Below the pieces are notes generated by a model, which worked only from the letters and a program-made list of their open reading frames with translations, made no database searches and was not told the DNA's origin. Shown piece by piece: positions 26,046 through 36,017 of a stretch of DNA of 64,000 nucleotides. Origin of the DNA: Chitinophagales bacterium (GTDB taxonomy: Bacteria; Bacteroidota; Bacteroidia; Chitinophagales; Chitinophagaceae); contig JBBSQL010000011.1 in NCBI GenBank assembly GCA_038257845.1, positions 9,152 through 73,151 on the forward strand. The letters are read 5' to 3'. The number at the start of each line of letters is the position of its first letter. Within the stretch, counting starts at the first letter, position 1. Both the position numbers and the translations under genes were made by a program.

Positions 26046-26606
26046 TCATTCTTTTTTAGCAAACAGGTCTTCAAAGAAATGCACCATTGCAGAAACCGGC
26101 CCTTCCATTTTATTGGTTTCATCATCAATGGCATTGTCATTTACAATATTTCCCAAATGCAGATCCGGTGGAAGATGTACAAGTATATGATGCCTTTGCG
26201 CTGCAATAAAAGCAGCTACTTTATCATCCTCCGCTTTTTCACCAACAGAAGATTTTATCATAGTTATTGCTGTTGCAGCAATAGAAGACATTTCATCAGA
26301 AGTTGTATCTATATTCTCATCACCATACCTGCTCACAGCCCACACAACTTCGCTTTTTTTATCACCAAAAATTACGGATAGAATATTCCCGCTATTCGCT
26401 GAATTCATTAATGAAGCAGCTCCGGCCGGCTTACTCCCCATTTCATAAATCCCGACTAAAACTGTAATGGCTGCAACCTGGGTAAAATGATTTGCATCTT
26501 TAGCCAGCCACAATTCTCTTTTGCCCTGGGGAGCATTTGGATCAATTTTTTCAAAGGGTGCAAAACCCATTTTTTCCTGTAAAGCGGTTACAATATTTTC
26601 GGCCAT
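26046..26606 (-). CDS. Hypothetical protein (186 aa)
   Basis: A clean ORF with coding-like composition. No family recognised. Confidence 0.55.
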   Translation of the reverse strand: MAENIVTALQEKMGFAPFEKIDPNAPQGKRELWLAKDANHFTQVAAITVLVGIYEMGSKPAGAASLMNSANSGNILSVIFGDKKSEVVWAVSRYGDENIDTTSDEMSSIAATAITMIKSSVGEKAEDDKVAAFIAAQRHHILVHLPPDLHLGNIVNDNAIDDETNKMEGPVSAMVHFFEDLFAKKE

Positions 26607-26786
26607 AATTTTGCATTTAAATGTATCTCTTATAAAATTCCGTGAAAAAGGTGTGTATAAAAATTTTACCCACAGTGAGAATTAAATTCTACATATTGAT
26701 TTCCCATCATCAAAAAATTTTTTTCTTTTAAATTCAGTTCCATTTATGGTATTGTTTTTTCTGTGAAATACTAAATAGATCTTTCA

Positions 26787-27116
26787 ATGAAAAAAGTTTT
26801 GATCATAGATGATGAAGAAGACCTGGGTGTAATCCTCACAAAATATTTCACCAAAAAGAAATACCTGGTATATGTCTCTTATACAATCGAGGAGGGAATG
26901 AAAATCCTGGAAACAGAACAACCCGATTATGTCTTCCTGGATAATAATTTACCGGATGGTTCCGGGTGGATTAAAGCGAATTATATACTTTCAAAATATC
27001 CCAACACACAGCTCAACCTGATTAGCGCTTATAACGTCCCCAAAACATCTGCTACATGTTTTCGCATTCTCGAAAAACCCCTGAACCTGATAGAACTCGA
27101 TAAATTATTTGAATAG
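26787..27116 (+). CDS. Stand-alone response regulator receiver
   Basis: Contains KKVLIIDDEEDL...DYVFLDNNLPDGSG. No output domain. Confidence 0.8.
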   Translation: MKKVLIIDDEEDLGVILTKYFTKKKYLVYVSYTIEEGMKILETEQPDYVFLDNNLPDGSGWIKANYILSKYPNTQLNLISAYNVPKTSATCFRILEKPLNLIELDKLFE

Positions 27117-27295
27117 TTTTTACGCTTTTAATTCAATCTTTTTTTCTTTTTTACAGAAACAGGTCTTGCATTTTTCTGTTGTTCAGAATTGTTCTCATTA
27201 TTCAAAGAAGGCATTCCACCACTTTTATTCACAACTACCTGTTGTTCTTCAGAATTTACAATGCGCTTTTTTTTCATCATATAGGGTCAGTAATT

Positions 27296-27541
27296 TTAAA
27301 CATGTACCACGTCTTCGTCATCATCATATTCTTCCACCCTCCCCGTGATATTGTCTTTCAGGCTTTCATATTTATCACAAAGGCCATCAATGAAATCATT
27401 GAACTTTTCTTTCATATCGGAACCCTTAGAGGCAATTTTGTGACGGGTTTCTTCTCCTTTATCCGGGGCAAATAAAACGCCCAGTATTGCGCCTGCTGCT
27501 GCACCGGCCAATATTCCTGCAATTAATTTTCCTGCATTCAT
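27296..27541 (-). CDS. YtxH-domain protein
   Basis: AGILAGAAAGAILGVLFAPDKGEETRHKI is the YtxH signature. Confidence 0.8.
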   Translation of the reverse strand: MNAGKLIAGILAGAAAGAILGVLFAPDKGEETRHKIASKGSDMKEKFNDFIDGLCDKYESLKDNITGRVEEYDDDEDVVHV

Positions 27542-27592
27542 GTGTTTAAGTTTAAAATGTAAAAATTGATTTATGTAATTACCTTTTTGCTG

Positions 27593-27608
27593 TTCAAATA
27601 AGCTGCCA
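27593..27608 (-). promoter_or_regulatory. Stress-box TGGCAG-CTTAT-TTGAA
   Basis: It starts 67 nt upstream of the ATG at 27541. Confidence 0.45.
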
Positions 27609-27732
27609 AAAAGTAAAATTGAAGTAGAAATTTAAGAAATTTTTTTTACATATAAAAATTAAAGGTGATGAAACAGGAATTTAAGTGAATTAATTATTTG
27701 GCACAATTCTTTAAGTTAAAAAATAAAAAGAT

Positions 27733-27903
27733 ATGCTTAAAAAGAACCCGGAAATTTTTGCAGTTTTACTTGCCTTACCATTATTAAGCAGTTGTGATGC
27801 AATTGCAGGAATATTTAAAGCCGGCATGTGGACAGGATTTATAATCGTGGCAATCGTCATTGCAATAATCGTATGGATATTTGCAAAGATTTCAAAAAAA
27901 TAA
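27733..27903 (+). CDS. Small lipoprotein/membrane protein (56 aa, below the ORF-track cutoff)
   Basis: My own translation is MLKKNPEIFAVLLALPLLSSCDAIAGIFKAGMWTGFIIVAIVIAIIVWIFAKISKK. It has a lipobox (LLSSC) and a C-terminal TM helix. The competing minus-strand ORF 27711-27971 looks spurious. Confidence 0.55.
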   Translation: MLKKNPEIFAVLLALPLLSSCDAIAGIFKAGMWTGFIIVAIVIAIIVWIFAKISKK

Positions 27904-27912
27904 AGCAACGCA

Positions 27913-29328
27913 TTATTTTTCCTGTGCGTCTTCGAAGACTTTGATTTTATTATATAAAGTCTTGCGGTCAATCTTCAGAATTTCCGCTGCCTTCGTCTTA
28001 TTATTATTGACCTGTTTCAGCACATTCATGATCGTATTATATTCTGCACGACTGGCCGCATCTTTCAGATCCGTATTATCAAATGCATTTAGTTGTGGCA
28101 ATTGATCATAATTCGCTTCAGCAGAAATAATGGGCGTATTGGTGATTTCCCAGGGCAAGGTTTTAAGGGAAATTTTTTGTGTATCTGTCAGTAAGACTGC
28201 GCGACGTACCACATTCCTGAATTCACGCAAGTTTCCGGGCCAGGCATAATTTTCAAATGCACTCATCACTTCATCATCAAATCCTTCCACATTTTTTTCC
28301 AGTTCCTGGTTCGTCTTTTCAAGGAAAAATTTAGCGAATAAAGGAATATCAGCTTTTCTTTTTCTAAGTGGTGGAAGATTAATTGAAAATTCATTGAAGC
28401 GGTGATACAGGTCCTCCCTGAATTTTCCTTTTTTATAGGCTTCCTGTAAGTTTTCATTGGAAGCCACAATGATGCGTACATCCGTTGCCATTTCCTTATT
28501 TCCCCCAACCCTTTTAAATACTTTTTCCTGGATCACTCTCAGGAGGGAAGCCTGTATATCATAAGAAAGATTCGCTACTTCATCTAAAAATAATGTGCCT
28601 CCATTCGCAATTTCAAAATGGCCCTCTTTATCAGCCAATGCACCTGTAAATGCGCCTTTTACATGTCCGAATAATTCACTTCCTGCCAATTCCCTGGAAA
28701 GCGTACCGCAATCCATAGCAATAAATGGCATATTTTTTCTTTTACTTAAAGCATGAATTGTTTTGGCCATCACTTCCTTTCCAGTACCACTTTCGCCATA
28801 TAAAATAATGCTGTAATCTGTTGGCGCTACTATTTGTATTTGCTTATACAATTCGCGCGTTTCACCACTTTCACCTACTAAAAATTCATTATCATCATTG
28901 GGTATTTGTAAGCCTTCTTCTTTGACAGAAACCTGTGTTGGTTCTTTCATGTCCAGCTTAGATTGTAAGGCAGATTTGATAACACTCAAAACTTCATCCG
29001 GTATCAATGGTTTAGTAATGTAATCAAATGCGCCAAGTTTGATCACATCAACAGCCGTTTTTATATCAGAATAACCAGTAATGATCAGCACTTTGATACT
29101 GGCATCTATTTTTTTAATCTGAATTAAAACATCTTTCCCTTCTTTGTCGCCCAGGCGATAATCACATAAAACCAGGTCAGCTCTTTCTGATTTAATTTTC
29201 TCAATTCCCTTCGTACCGGAATAAGCAGTGTCCACCTCGTATCCATTTTTTCCCAGGAATTTTGATAATAAGGTGCACAAATCCGGGTCATCATCAATAA
29301 TTAATATTTTTCTCTGTTGTGCAGGCAT
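27913..29328 (-). CDS. Sigma-54-dependent response regulator (NtrC family enhancer-binding protein)
   Basis: REC (ILIIDDDPD...LVLCDYRLGD), AAA+ Walker A (GESGTGKE), a GAFTGA loop (VKGAFTGAL) and a C-terminal Fis-type HTH (AAEILKIDRKTLYNKI). Confidence 0.92.
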   Translation of the reverse strand: MPAQQRKILIIDDDPDLCTLLSKFLGKNGYEVDTAYSGTKGIEKIKSERADLVLCDYRLGDKEGKDVLIQIKKIDASIKVLIITGYSDIKTAVDVIKLGAFDYITKPLIPDEVLSVIKSALQSKLDMKEPTQVSVKEEGLQIPNDDNEFLVGESGETRELYKQIQIVAPTDYSIILYGESGTGKEVMAKTIHALSKRKNMPFIAMDCGTLSRELAGSELFGHVKGAFTGALADKEGHFEIANGGTLFLDEVANLSYDIQASLLRVIQEKVFKRVGGNKEMATDVRIIVASNENLQEAYKKGKFREDLYHRFNEFSINLPPLRKRKADIPLFAKFFLEKTNQELEKNVEGFDDEVMSAFENYAWPGNLREFRNVVRRAVLLTDTQKISLKTLPWEITNTPIISAEANYDQLPQLNAFDNTDLKDAASRAEYNTIMNVLKQVNNNKTKAAEILKIDRKTLYNKIKVFEDAQEK

Positions 29329-29496
29329 TATATGGAGTTTGCTTCGCGAAATTAATTGAATTAGCGAATTAAAAATAATAGAAAGGCATTTTTTTTACTG
29401 TAAGAAATGAAAAATGAAAAAATAAGGCGAAAACACCAATATATTCGTATATAAACAAACAATCATTGATTTTAGAAACTCTGCAAATTTAGCCAA

Positions 29497-29512
29497 TGGC
29501 AGAATAATTGTA
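29497..29512 (+). promoter_or_regulatory. Stress-box / sigma-54-like box TGGCAG-AATAA-TTGTA
   Basis: It starts 47 nt upstream of the ATG at 29544, in the divergent region next to the EBP gene. Confidence 0.45.
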
Positions 29513-29543
29513 GTTCTAATTATCTGATCTCTTAAAGTATGTT

Positions 29544-29912
29544 ATGAAAAATAATGATGATACAAAAGTGCTGATCGTTGATGATGAATCGGATGCCTGT
29601 TATTTACTGGAAAATATATTAAAAAGTCAAAATATAAAATCCACTTCCGCACATAACCTTTCAGAAGCCACCAAAGTACTTGCCCAAATAAAACCCACAA
29701 TTGTCTTCCTCGATAATCACCTCGAAGATGGACTGGGAATTGACTTTATACCTGAAGTAAAAAGTTTTTCACCGGATATAAAAGTGGTTATCATCACCGC
29801 GCAGGACAGTTCTGCATGGAGAATAAAAGCCATGAATAAAGGAGCAGATTCTTTTATTGGTAAGCCATTTACCAAGAACAAAATTTTCGAAACCATCCGT
29901 CAATTTATGTAA
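29544..29912 (+). CDS. Stand-alone response regulator receiver
   Basis: Contains KVLIVDDESDA...TIVFLDNHLEDG...K. No output domain. Confidence 0.8.
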   Translation: MKNNDDTKVLIVDDESDACYLLENILKSQNIKSTSAHNLSEATKVLAQIKPTIVFLDNHLEDGLGIDFIPEVKSFSPDIKVVIITAQDSSAWRIKAMNKGADSFIGKPFTKNKIFETIRQFM

Positions 29913-30115
29913 AAAAGCAATCGCGCTTTTTTATGATCAGCAAAAGTTGATGAAATTTCAGCACAACTTGTAGAAATTATTCCTCGCAAACTTCTTCCCG
30001 GCTTTTTTCCATATTTCCGTATCCGGCGACTTAAACCAATTTAATTTTTTGGCAGCATTTTTATATACTTAATTGTAGAAAAAAGACATTCATTAAAAAC
30101 TAAAAATTAAAAATT

Positions 30116-30307
30116 ATGGAACCCTGGAAATTAAAATTAAAAGGCTCATGGAATGAATTAAAAGGTAAAATGAAACAAGCTTATGCTGATCTTTCTGATG
30201 ATGACCTGAAATATGAAGAAGGAAAAGATGATGAGTTTATTGGTAAACTGCAACAGAAAACCGGTAAAACTAAAGAAGATATAAAAAATTGGATTGACAG
30301 TTTATAA
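30116..30307 (+). CDS. CsbD-family general stress protein
   Basis: [52 protein letters not shown] is the CsbD pattern. Confidence 0.85.
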   Translation: MEPWKLKLKGSWNELKGKMKQAYADLSDDDLKYEEGKDDEFIGKLQQKTGKTKEDIKNWIDSL

Positions 30308-30401
30308 ATGTCTTTAAAGCTCGATTGAAGTACATTAAGTGAAGAAAGAGCGTGGATGGCATTGGGTAAAAGGGCATTGGAATTAAATCCTCCTCATGTT
30401 T

Positions 30402-30436
30402 AAAAGCCCGGGTAAACTTTTTACCTGGGCTTTTTT
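30402..30436 (+). terminator. Rho-independent terminator after the csbD-like gene
   Basis: The stem gcccgggtaa/ttacctgggc is followed by T6. It lies inside the N-terminal extension proposed by the ORF track for rlmN. Confidence 0.75.
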
Positions 30437-30494
30437 ATTGTTTAGATCACAAAATGTTCCACCTCCTTTTGCAATCCACGCTTATCTTTGCAGG

Positions 30495-31547
30495 ATGAAT
30501 GAATTGCCAAATATTCGCCATTTGCCCTACCATGAAATTGAACATTGGGTACTGGAAAATGGAGAAAAAAAATTCCGCGCGAAACAATTGTACGAATGGA
30601 TCTGGAAAAAACACGCGAATAGTTTTGACTCAATGTCAAATATCAGTAAGGAATTGCGCCAAAAGTTACTTGAAAATTTCTCTTTTCCTGCATTAACCAT
30701 TCAGCAAAAACAAATATCTGAAGATGGTACAATCAAATACAAATTTGAAACAGCAGATCATCATTTTGTAGAAGGTGTGATCATTCCCACAGAAGAAAGG
30801 ACAACAGCCTGCATTTCTTCTCAAATCGGCTGTAGCCTGAGCTGCAAATTCTGTGCAACGGGTTATATGGAGAAACAACGCAGTTTGCTTTTTGATGAAA
30901 TCGTGGATCAGGTCACTTTAATGAATGGAGAAAGTGAAAAAAATTATGGAAAAAAATTATCCAATATCGTTTTTATGGGTATGGGCGAGCCCTTGTTGAA
31001 TTACAAAAATGTTTTAAGAGCGGTGGAGCGCATCACTTCAGAAGAAGGTCTTTTTATGAGCCCACGTAGAATCACGGTTTCCACGGCAGGAATTTCGAAG
31101 CAAATTAAAAAGCTCGGCGATGACCAGGTACGTTTTAAACTCGCGTTATCCCTGCATGCCGCCAATGATAAAAAAAGAAGCGCCATCATGCCGATCAATG
31201 AATCGAACAATATCAAATCACTCGTGGATGCACTGAATTATTTTTACCAGAAAACCGGCAATGAAATTACGTTTGAATATATCCTTTTTCAGAATTTCAA
31301 TGATTCACTAAAAGATGCGGAGGAGCTGGTAAAATTATATCGCCAGGTGCCGGCAGACCTGGTAAATATTATTGAATATAACCCGATAGATCAGATGAAA
31401 TTTTCAAAACCAAAAGAAGAAACAGTGAATGAGTTTATGCAATACCTGGATAGTCACCGGGTAAATGCAAGGCTTCGGCGCAGCCGCGGAAAAGATATAG
31501 ATGCTGCCTGCGGACAATTGGCCAATAAAAAAGTGGCGGCCATTTAA
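30495..31547 (+). CDS. rlmN: 23S rRNA/tRNA A2503/A37 C2-methyltransferase RlmN (radical SAM)
   Basis: FRAKQLYEWIWKK, the CSLSCKFCATG radical-SAM cluster and the GMGEPLLN motif are present. Start set at MNELPNIRHL. Confidence 0.92.
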   Translation: MNELPNIRHLPYHEIEHWVLENGEKKFRAKQLYEWIWKKHANSFDSMSNISKELRQKLLENFSFPALTIQQKQISEDGTIKYKFETADHHFVEGVIIPTEERTTACISSQIGCSLSCKFCATGYMEKQRSLLFDEIVDQVTLMNGESEKNYGKKLSNIVFMGMGEPLLNYKNVLRAVERITSEEGLFMSPRRITVSTAGISKQIKKLGDDQVRFKLALSLHAANDKKRSAIMPINESNNIKSLVDALNYFYQKTGNEITFEYILFQNFNDSLKDAEELVKLYRQVPADLVNIIEYNPIDQMKFSKPKEETVNEFMQYLDSHRVNARLRRSRGKDIDAACGQLANKKVAAI

Positions 31548-31582
31548 TTTCTAATTCCTGTTGAAAAACAGCAAACTATTTT

Positions 31583-32596
31583 ATGAGTAAAAAAGCATTT
31601 GAAAAATTCATTGCGCAACCTGTAAGCGGCGCGAAAAAAAAGGAAGCACTCCGCCAGGAAAAGAAAAAAGGCAAAGCACTTGCAAAAGAAGAAGGTGAAG
31701 CACTGCGTAAAGAAAAACTGGCAAAAGGCCAGCGTTACAAAAGAAACGATCCATTTGCTCCGAGGGGTACAAAATATGACAAGCCCGCGGAACATTTACC
31801 AAAAAAAATAACAACTGAAAAAACATCAACCACACAAAAATCTTCGGATGAATCTGGTGAAATTATGCCGTTGAATAAATTTCTCGCTCACGCGGGAATC
31901 TGCGGCAGGCGCGAAGCTGCAGCGCTTATTAAAGAAGGCTACGTATCCGTGAATGGAGAAATTAAAGATGAACCGGGATTTAAAGTTTCAGAAAAAGATA
32001 CCATCCATTTTAAGGGAAAACGCATTTACGTACACAAAAACAATGTGTATGTTTTACTGAATAAACCAAAAGATACAATCACCACAAGCAAAGATCCTCA
32101 AAACCGGAGAACTGTGTTTGATCTTATCGGGCGTGCAAGCACAGAAAGGCTTTTCCCTGTTGGCCGGCTGGATCGTAATACCACCGGCGTTTTATTGATG
32201 ACCAATGATGGTGAACTTGCCCAAAAATTAACGCATCCTTCTTTTGAAATTAAAAAAGTGTATGAAGTAAAATTGGATAAACCTTTGACAAAAAAAGATT
32301 TTGAAAATATTTTAACTGGCTTAGAACTCGAAGATGGTTCGGTAAAAGCAGATGCAATTGGTTATACAGATTTAAAAGACAAATCGGTTGTAGGTATTGA
32401 AATTCACAGTGGCCGCAACCGCATAGTCCGCCGGATCTTTGAAAAACTGGGATACGATGTCAAAAATCTGGATCGTGTAATGTTTGCAAACCTCACGAAA
32501 AAAAATGTGGATCGCGGCAAGTGGCGTTATCTCAATGAAAAGGAAGTGCGCCTTTTAAAATTTATGAACCAATCTTTTGTACGGGAAAAAAAATAA
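31583..32596 (+). CDS. rluB: RluB/RsuA-family pseudouridine synthase with an S4 domain and a Lys-rich N-terminal extension
   Basis: S4 domain (LNKFLAHAGICGRREA) and catalytic motif (VGRLDRNTTGVLLMTNDG). About 95 aa of K/E-rich sequence precede these. Confidence 0.8.
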   Translation: MSKKAFEKFIAQPVSGAKKKEALRQEKKKGKALAKEEGEALRKEKLAKGQRYKRNDPFAPRGTKYDKPAEHLPKKITTEKTSTTQKSSDESGEIMPLNKFLAHAGICGRREAAALIKEGYVSVNGEIKDEPGFKVSEKDTIHFKGKRIYVHKNNVYVLLNKPKDTITTSKDPQNRRTVFDLIGRASTERLFPVGRLDRNTTGVLLMTNDGELAQKLTHPSFEIKKVYEVKLDKPLTKKDFENILTGLELEDGSVKADAIGYTDLKDKSVVGIEIHSGRNRIVRRIFEKLGYDVKNLDRVMFANLTKKNVDRGKWRYLNEKEVRLLKFMNQSFVREKK

Positions 32597-32662
32597 TGCA
32601 TTAAAAATTAGAAAATTTTTCTTCCAATCCGAAATTCAAACCCGTAAAATAATTTCTTTACT

Positions 32663-33382
32663 ATGCATCTTTCCGCTGATGATATAATTTTTGAAAATGA
32701 AGATTTCGTCGTCATCAATAAACCCAGTGGCATGCACAGCATCCCGGACAGGATGCAAACACAGGTTTCACTAAAAGATATATTACGGGAGAAATATGGA
32801 GAAATTTTTACAGTGCATCGCATTGATAAAGAAACAAGTGGTGTAATTATTTTTGCAAAAAATGCAGCTACGCATGCAGCGCTTTCTGCTTTATTTGAGA
32901 AAAGAAATATTGAAAAATATTACATGGGGCTTGTGCATGGCCAGGTAGAGGAAACCGAGGGCAGCATTGATTTTTCCATTGCCGAACATCCGCTGAAAAA
33001 AGGCATGATGCAAGTGCATGCAAAAGGAAAAACTGCTTTGACAGATTACACGGTACTGGAAAAATTCAGGTCCTTTACCTGGTTATCTTTTATCATTCAT
33101 ACCGGCAGAACACACCAGGTACGTGTGCATATTTCTGAACTGGGCCACCCAATTGTCTGTGATAAATTGTATGGCATGGAAACGCCATTGCTCATTTCCA
33201 CTTTGAAAAAAAATTATCACCTGGCAAAAAAAGAAGATACTGAAAGACCGATTCTTTCGAGACTCGCCTTGCATGCTTCATCAATTAAATTTGAATTAAA
33301 CGGGCAGTCGTTTGATTTTGAAGCGCCCTTACCTAAAGACCTGAAAGCTTCATTGCAACAATTGAGGAAATGGAATAAATAA
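32663..33382 (+). CDS. RluA-family pseudouridine synthase
   Basis: Contains HRIDKETSGVIIFAKN and GRTHQVRVH. Confidence 0.85.
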   Translation: MHLSADDIIFENEDFVVINKPSGMHSIPDRMQTQVSLKDILREKYGEIFTVHRIDKETSGVIIFAKNAATHAALSALFEKRNIEKYYMGLVHGQVEETEGSIDFSIAEHPLKKGMMQVHAKGKTALTDYTVLEKFRSFTWLSFIIHTGRTHQVRVHISELGHPIVCDKLYGMETPLLISTLKKNYHLAKKEDTERPILSRLALHASSIKFELNGQSFDFEAPLPKDLKASLQQLRKWNK

Positions 33383-33387
33383 AAACT

Positions 33388-34542
33388 TTATTTTTTTACA
33401 GCACGTGCTTTTTGAACTGCACTTGTTCCATATTTATTTTTCACAGAATCTATTGCCCCATACAATTTTGATTTTTTTTCACCATCATCAAATAAATTCG
33501 CGTTGCGCACATTTGGCCTGAGATTACTTAACCGCACACCCAGTAAACGCACCTCATTTTTTTTCCTGTAATGCCTGTGAAAAAGCTGGATAGCCACTGG
33601 GATTACTTCATCATCACTGCAGGTAAAATCAATGGCAGCCTGCATTGTACTGGTTTCAAAATTGGCATACCGGATTTTTACGGCAACACATCCAGCCATA
33701 AAATTTTTTTTGCGCATCTGGAAACAAATTTTTTCAGTCATGCGAACAAGCTGGCTTAATAAAAAAGATTCATCACAGGTATTTTCATGAAAAGTATTTT
33801 CCGTGGAAATTGATTTTGCTTCATGCCAGGCATGTACTTCACCATGATGCAGGCCCTGTGCTTTTTGCCAAAGATCCATTCCCTGTTTACCCAACGTATT
33901 TTCAATTTCATCCGATGGTTTTTGCTGCATGTCACGGATAAAAAACAAACCCATACTTTTTAAAACTTCAGCCGTTTGTTTCCCAACGCCGGGAATCTTT
34001 GAAATTTGAAGTGGCGCTAAAAAGTTTTTTTCTTCGCCGGGCTGTACAAATAAAAAGCCATTTGGTTTCGCTTCATTCGTTGCCATTTTTGCGATTAATT
34101 TATTTGCACCCAGGCCAAATGAAATGGGTAACCCTGTTTCATCCATGATTTCTTTTCTGAGTGAGATGCACCATTCGAGCACATCAAAAAAGCGATCCAT
34201 ACCGGTGAGGTCCAAATAAAATTCATCAATACTCGCTTTCTCAACAAGCGGCGCTTTGGCCATGATTATTTCTGTGACCCATTTTGAGTGTTTGGAATAC
34301 GCATTAAAATCACCGGGGCAAACAATGGCATGCGGGCAAAGCAACATGGCTTTTTTCATGGGCATCGCGGAATGAATTCCAAATTTTCGCGCAGCATAAC
34401 TGCATGCAGCCACCACGCCACGGCCTTCTTTCCCTCCAACGAGAACAGGTTTATTTTTTAATAAGGGATTGTTGATTATTTCAACACTTACAAAAAAAGA
34501 ATCCAAATCATAATGGGCAATATATCGCTGCGGCATTTTCAT
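33388..34542 (-). CDS. dinB: DNA polymerase IV (Y-family)
   Basis: Contains YIAHYDLDSFFVSVE, SIDEFYLD and the KxIAKxAxxxxKPNG motif. Confidence 0.9.
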   Translation of the reverse strand: MKMPQRYIAHYDLDSFFVSVEIINNPLLKNKPVLVGGKEGRGVVAACSYAARKFGIHSAMPMKKAMLLCPHAIVCPGDFNAYSKHSKWVTEIIMAKAPLVEKASIDEFYLDLTGMDRFFDVLEWCISLRKEIMDETGLPISFGLGANKLIAKMATNEAKPNGFLFVQPGEEKNFLAPLQISKIPGVGKQTAEVLKSMGLFFIRDMQQKPSDEIENTLGKQGMDLWQKAQGLHHGEVHAWHEAKSISTENTFHENTCDESFLLSQLVRMTEKICFQMRKKNFMAGCVAVKIRYANFETSTMQAAIDFTCSDDEVIPVAIQLFHRHYRKKNEVRLLGVRLSNLRPNVRNANLFDDGEKKSKLYGAIDSVKNKYGTSAVQKARAVKK

Positions 34543-34614
34543 TTCGCAATAAATATAGCTCAATTATTATTCGGGTATAATTATAAAAAACATTTTTATT
34601 TTAACCAAAAATGA

Positions 34615-35844
34615 TTACCCGATTTTAGCTTTCAAATTTGTATCCAGCGCATCCAAAAATTCTTCTGTATATAAATAATCTTTCCCGTGCGTTACTTTAT
34701 TTCCATGAATACACACTGCAAGATCTTTTGTCATTTTACCACTTTCAACAGTTTCAACGCAGACATTTTCAAGCGTTCTGCAAAAATGAATAAGCGCATC
34801 ATTGCCATCTAATTTTCCACGAAATTCCAGGCCTCTTGTCCAGGCAAAAATGGAAGCGATCGGGTTGGTGGAAGTGGGATTGCCTTTTTCATATTCGCGG
34901 AAATGCCGGGTAACAGTGCCATGCGCAGCTTCGGCTTCCATGGTTTTGCCATCAGGCGTTACCAATGTACTTGTCATTAAACCGAGGCTTCCAAATCCCT
35001 GTGCCACTGTATCACTTTGCACATCGCCATCATAATTTTTGCAGGCCCAAACAAAATTGCCATGCCATTTTAAAGCACTGGCCACCATGTCATCAATCAA
35101 TCGGTGTTCGTAAGTAATACCGGCTTTGTCAAATTCTGCCTGGAATTCCTGCTTATATATTTCTTCAAAAATATCTTTGAAACGGCCATCATATTTTTTC
35201 AAAATAGTATTTTTTGTACTCAGGTATAATGGCCATCTTTTACTCAATGCCATATTAAAACAACTCCTGGCAAATCCCCTTATACTTTCATCTGTATTAT
35301 ACATGGCAAGCGCTACACCATCTCCCTCAAAATTATACACATTGAATTCCTGCACAGTGCCATCTTCTCCTTCAAAACGAATACTTAATTTTCCTTTTCC
35401 TTTGGTTACAAAATCCGTTGCACGATATTGATCACCAAAAGCATGACGGCCAATACAAATCGGCGCGGTCCAGTTGGGAACCAGCCGCGGTACATTTTCA
35501 CAAACGATCGGCTCGCGGAAAACTGTTCCGTCCAGGATATTCCGGATCGTGCCATTCGGGCTCCTCCACATTTGTTTCAAACTAAATTCCGAAACCCTTG
35601 ACTCGTCCGGCGTGATGGTTGCACATTTGATACCTACCCCATATTTTTTAATGGCATTTGCGGCATCAATCGTCACCTGGTCATTTGTTTCATCCCGGTG
35701 TTCTACCCCCAGGTCAAAATATTTTATATCAAGTTCCAAATAAGGTAAAATCAATTTTTCTTTGATGTATTTCCAGATCACCCTGGTCATTTCATCACCA
35801 TCCAATTCTACAACCGGGTTAGCCACTTTAATTTTTGCTGTCAT
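34615..35844 (-). CDS. icd: NADP-dependent isocitrate dehydrogenase (eukaryote-like subfamily II, 409 aa)
   Basis: Contains [38 protein letters not shown] and DGDVQSD. Confidence 0.95.
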   Translation of the reverse strand: MTAKIKVANPVVELDGDEMTRVIWKYIKEKLILPYLELDIKYFDLGVEHRDETNDQVTIDAANAIKKYGVGIKCATITPDESRVSEFSLKQMWRSPNGTIRNILDGTVFREPIVCENVPRLVPNWTAPICIGRHAFGDQYRATDFVTKGKGKLSIRFEGEDGTVQEFNVYNFEGDGVALAMYNTDESIRGFARSCFNMALSKRWPLYLSTKNTILKKYDGRFKDIFEEIYKQEFQAEFDKAGITYEHRLIDDMVASALKWHGNFVWACKNYDGDVQSDTVAQGFGSLGLMTSTLVTPDGKTMEAEAAHGTVTRHFREYEKGNPTSTNPIASIFAWTRGLEFRGKLDGNDALIHFCRTLENVCVETVESGKMTKDLAVCIHGNKVTHGKDYLYTEEFLDALDTNLKAKIG

Positions 35845-36001
35845 TTGTTTTTATTTTAAAAAGGTAAAAGTAATTGATTCGTGTATTTTTCTTTTAAAGG
35901 AAAGCGCATTTAGGAAAAAAAGTAATAAAGATTATATGCTTTGAAGTTTTCTTCCTAATTTCCAATCATAAAACACCTGCCAAATTTACCATTATACTTA
36001 T

Positions 36002-36017
36002 TGGCAAATTTTTTGAC
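36002..36017 (+). promoter_or_regulatory. Stress-box TGGCAA-ATTTT-TTGAC upstream of grpE-dnaJ
   Basis: It starts 41 nt upstream of the grpE ATG. Its TTGGCA forms the right arm of the dyad TGCCAA-N17-TTGGCA (35978-36006). Confidence 0.45.

Noticed and set aside
27711-27971. Minus-strand ORF of 86 aa
   Set aside because: It overlaps the 3' end of the EBP gene and has no recognisable features. The plus-strand 56-aa ORF in the same place has a lipobox, a TM helix and an upstream box.
30483-30490. TATCTTTG immediately upstream of the rlmN ATG as its -7 promoter box
   Set aside because: The box ends only 4 nt before the ATG, which would place the TSS inside the coding sequence unless the mRNA is leaderless. 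This cannot be decided from sequence, so it is not listed as a feature.
30396-30494. N-terminal extension of rlmN proposed by the ORF track
   Set aside because: The extension contains the csbD terminator hairpin (30402-30436). RlmN homology starts at MNELPNIRHL (30495).
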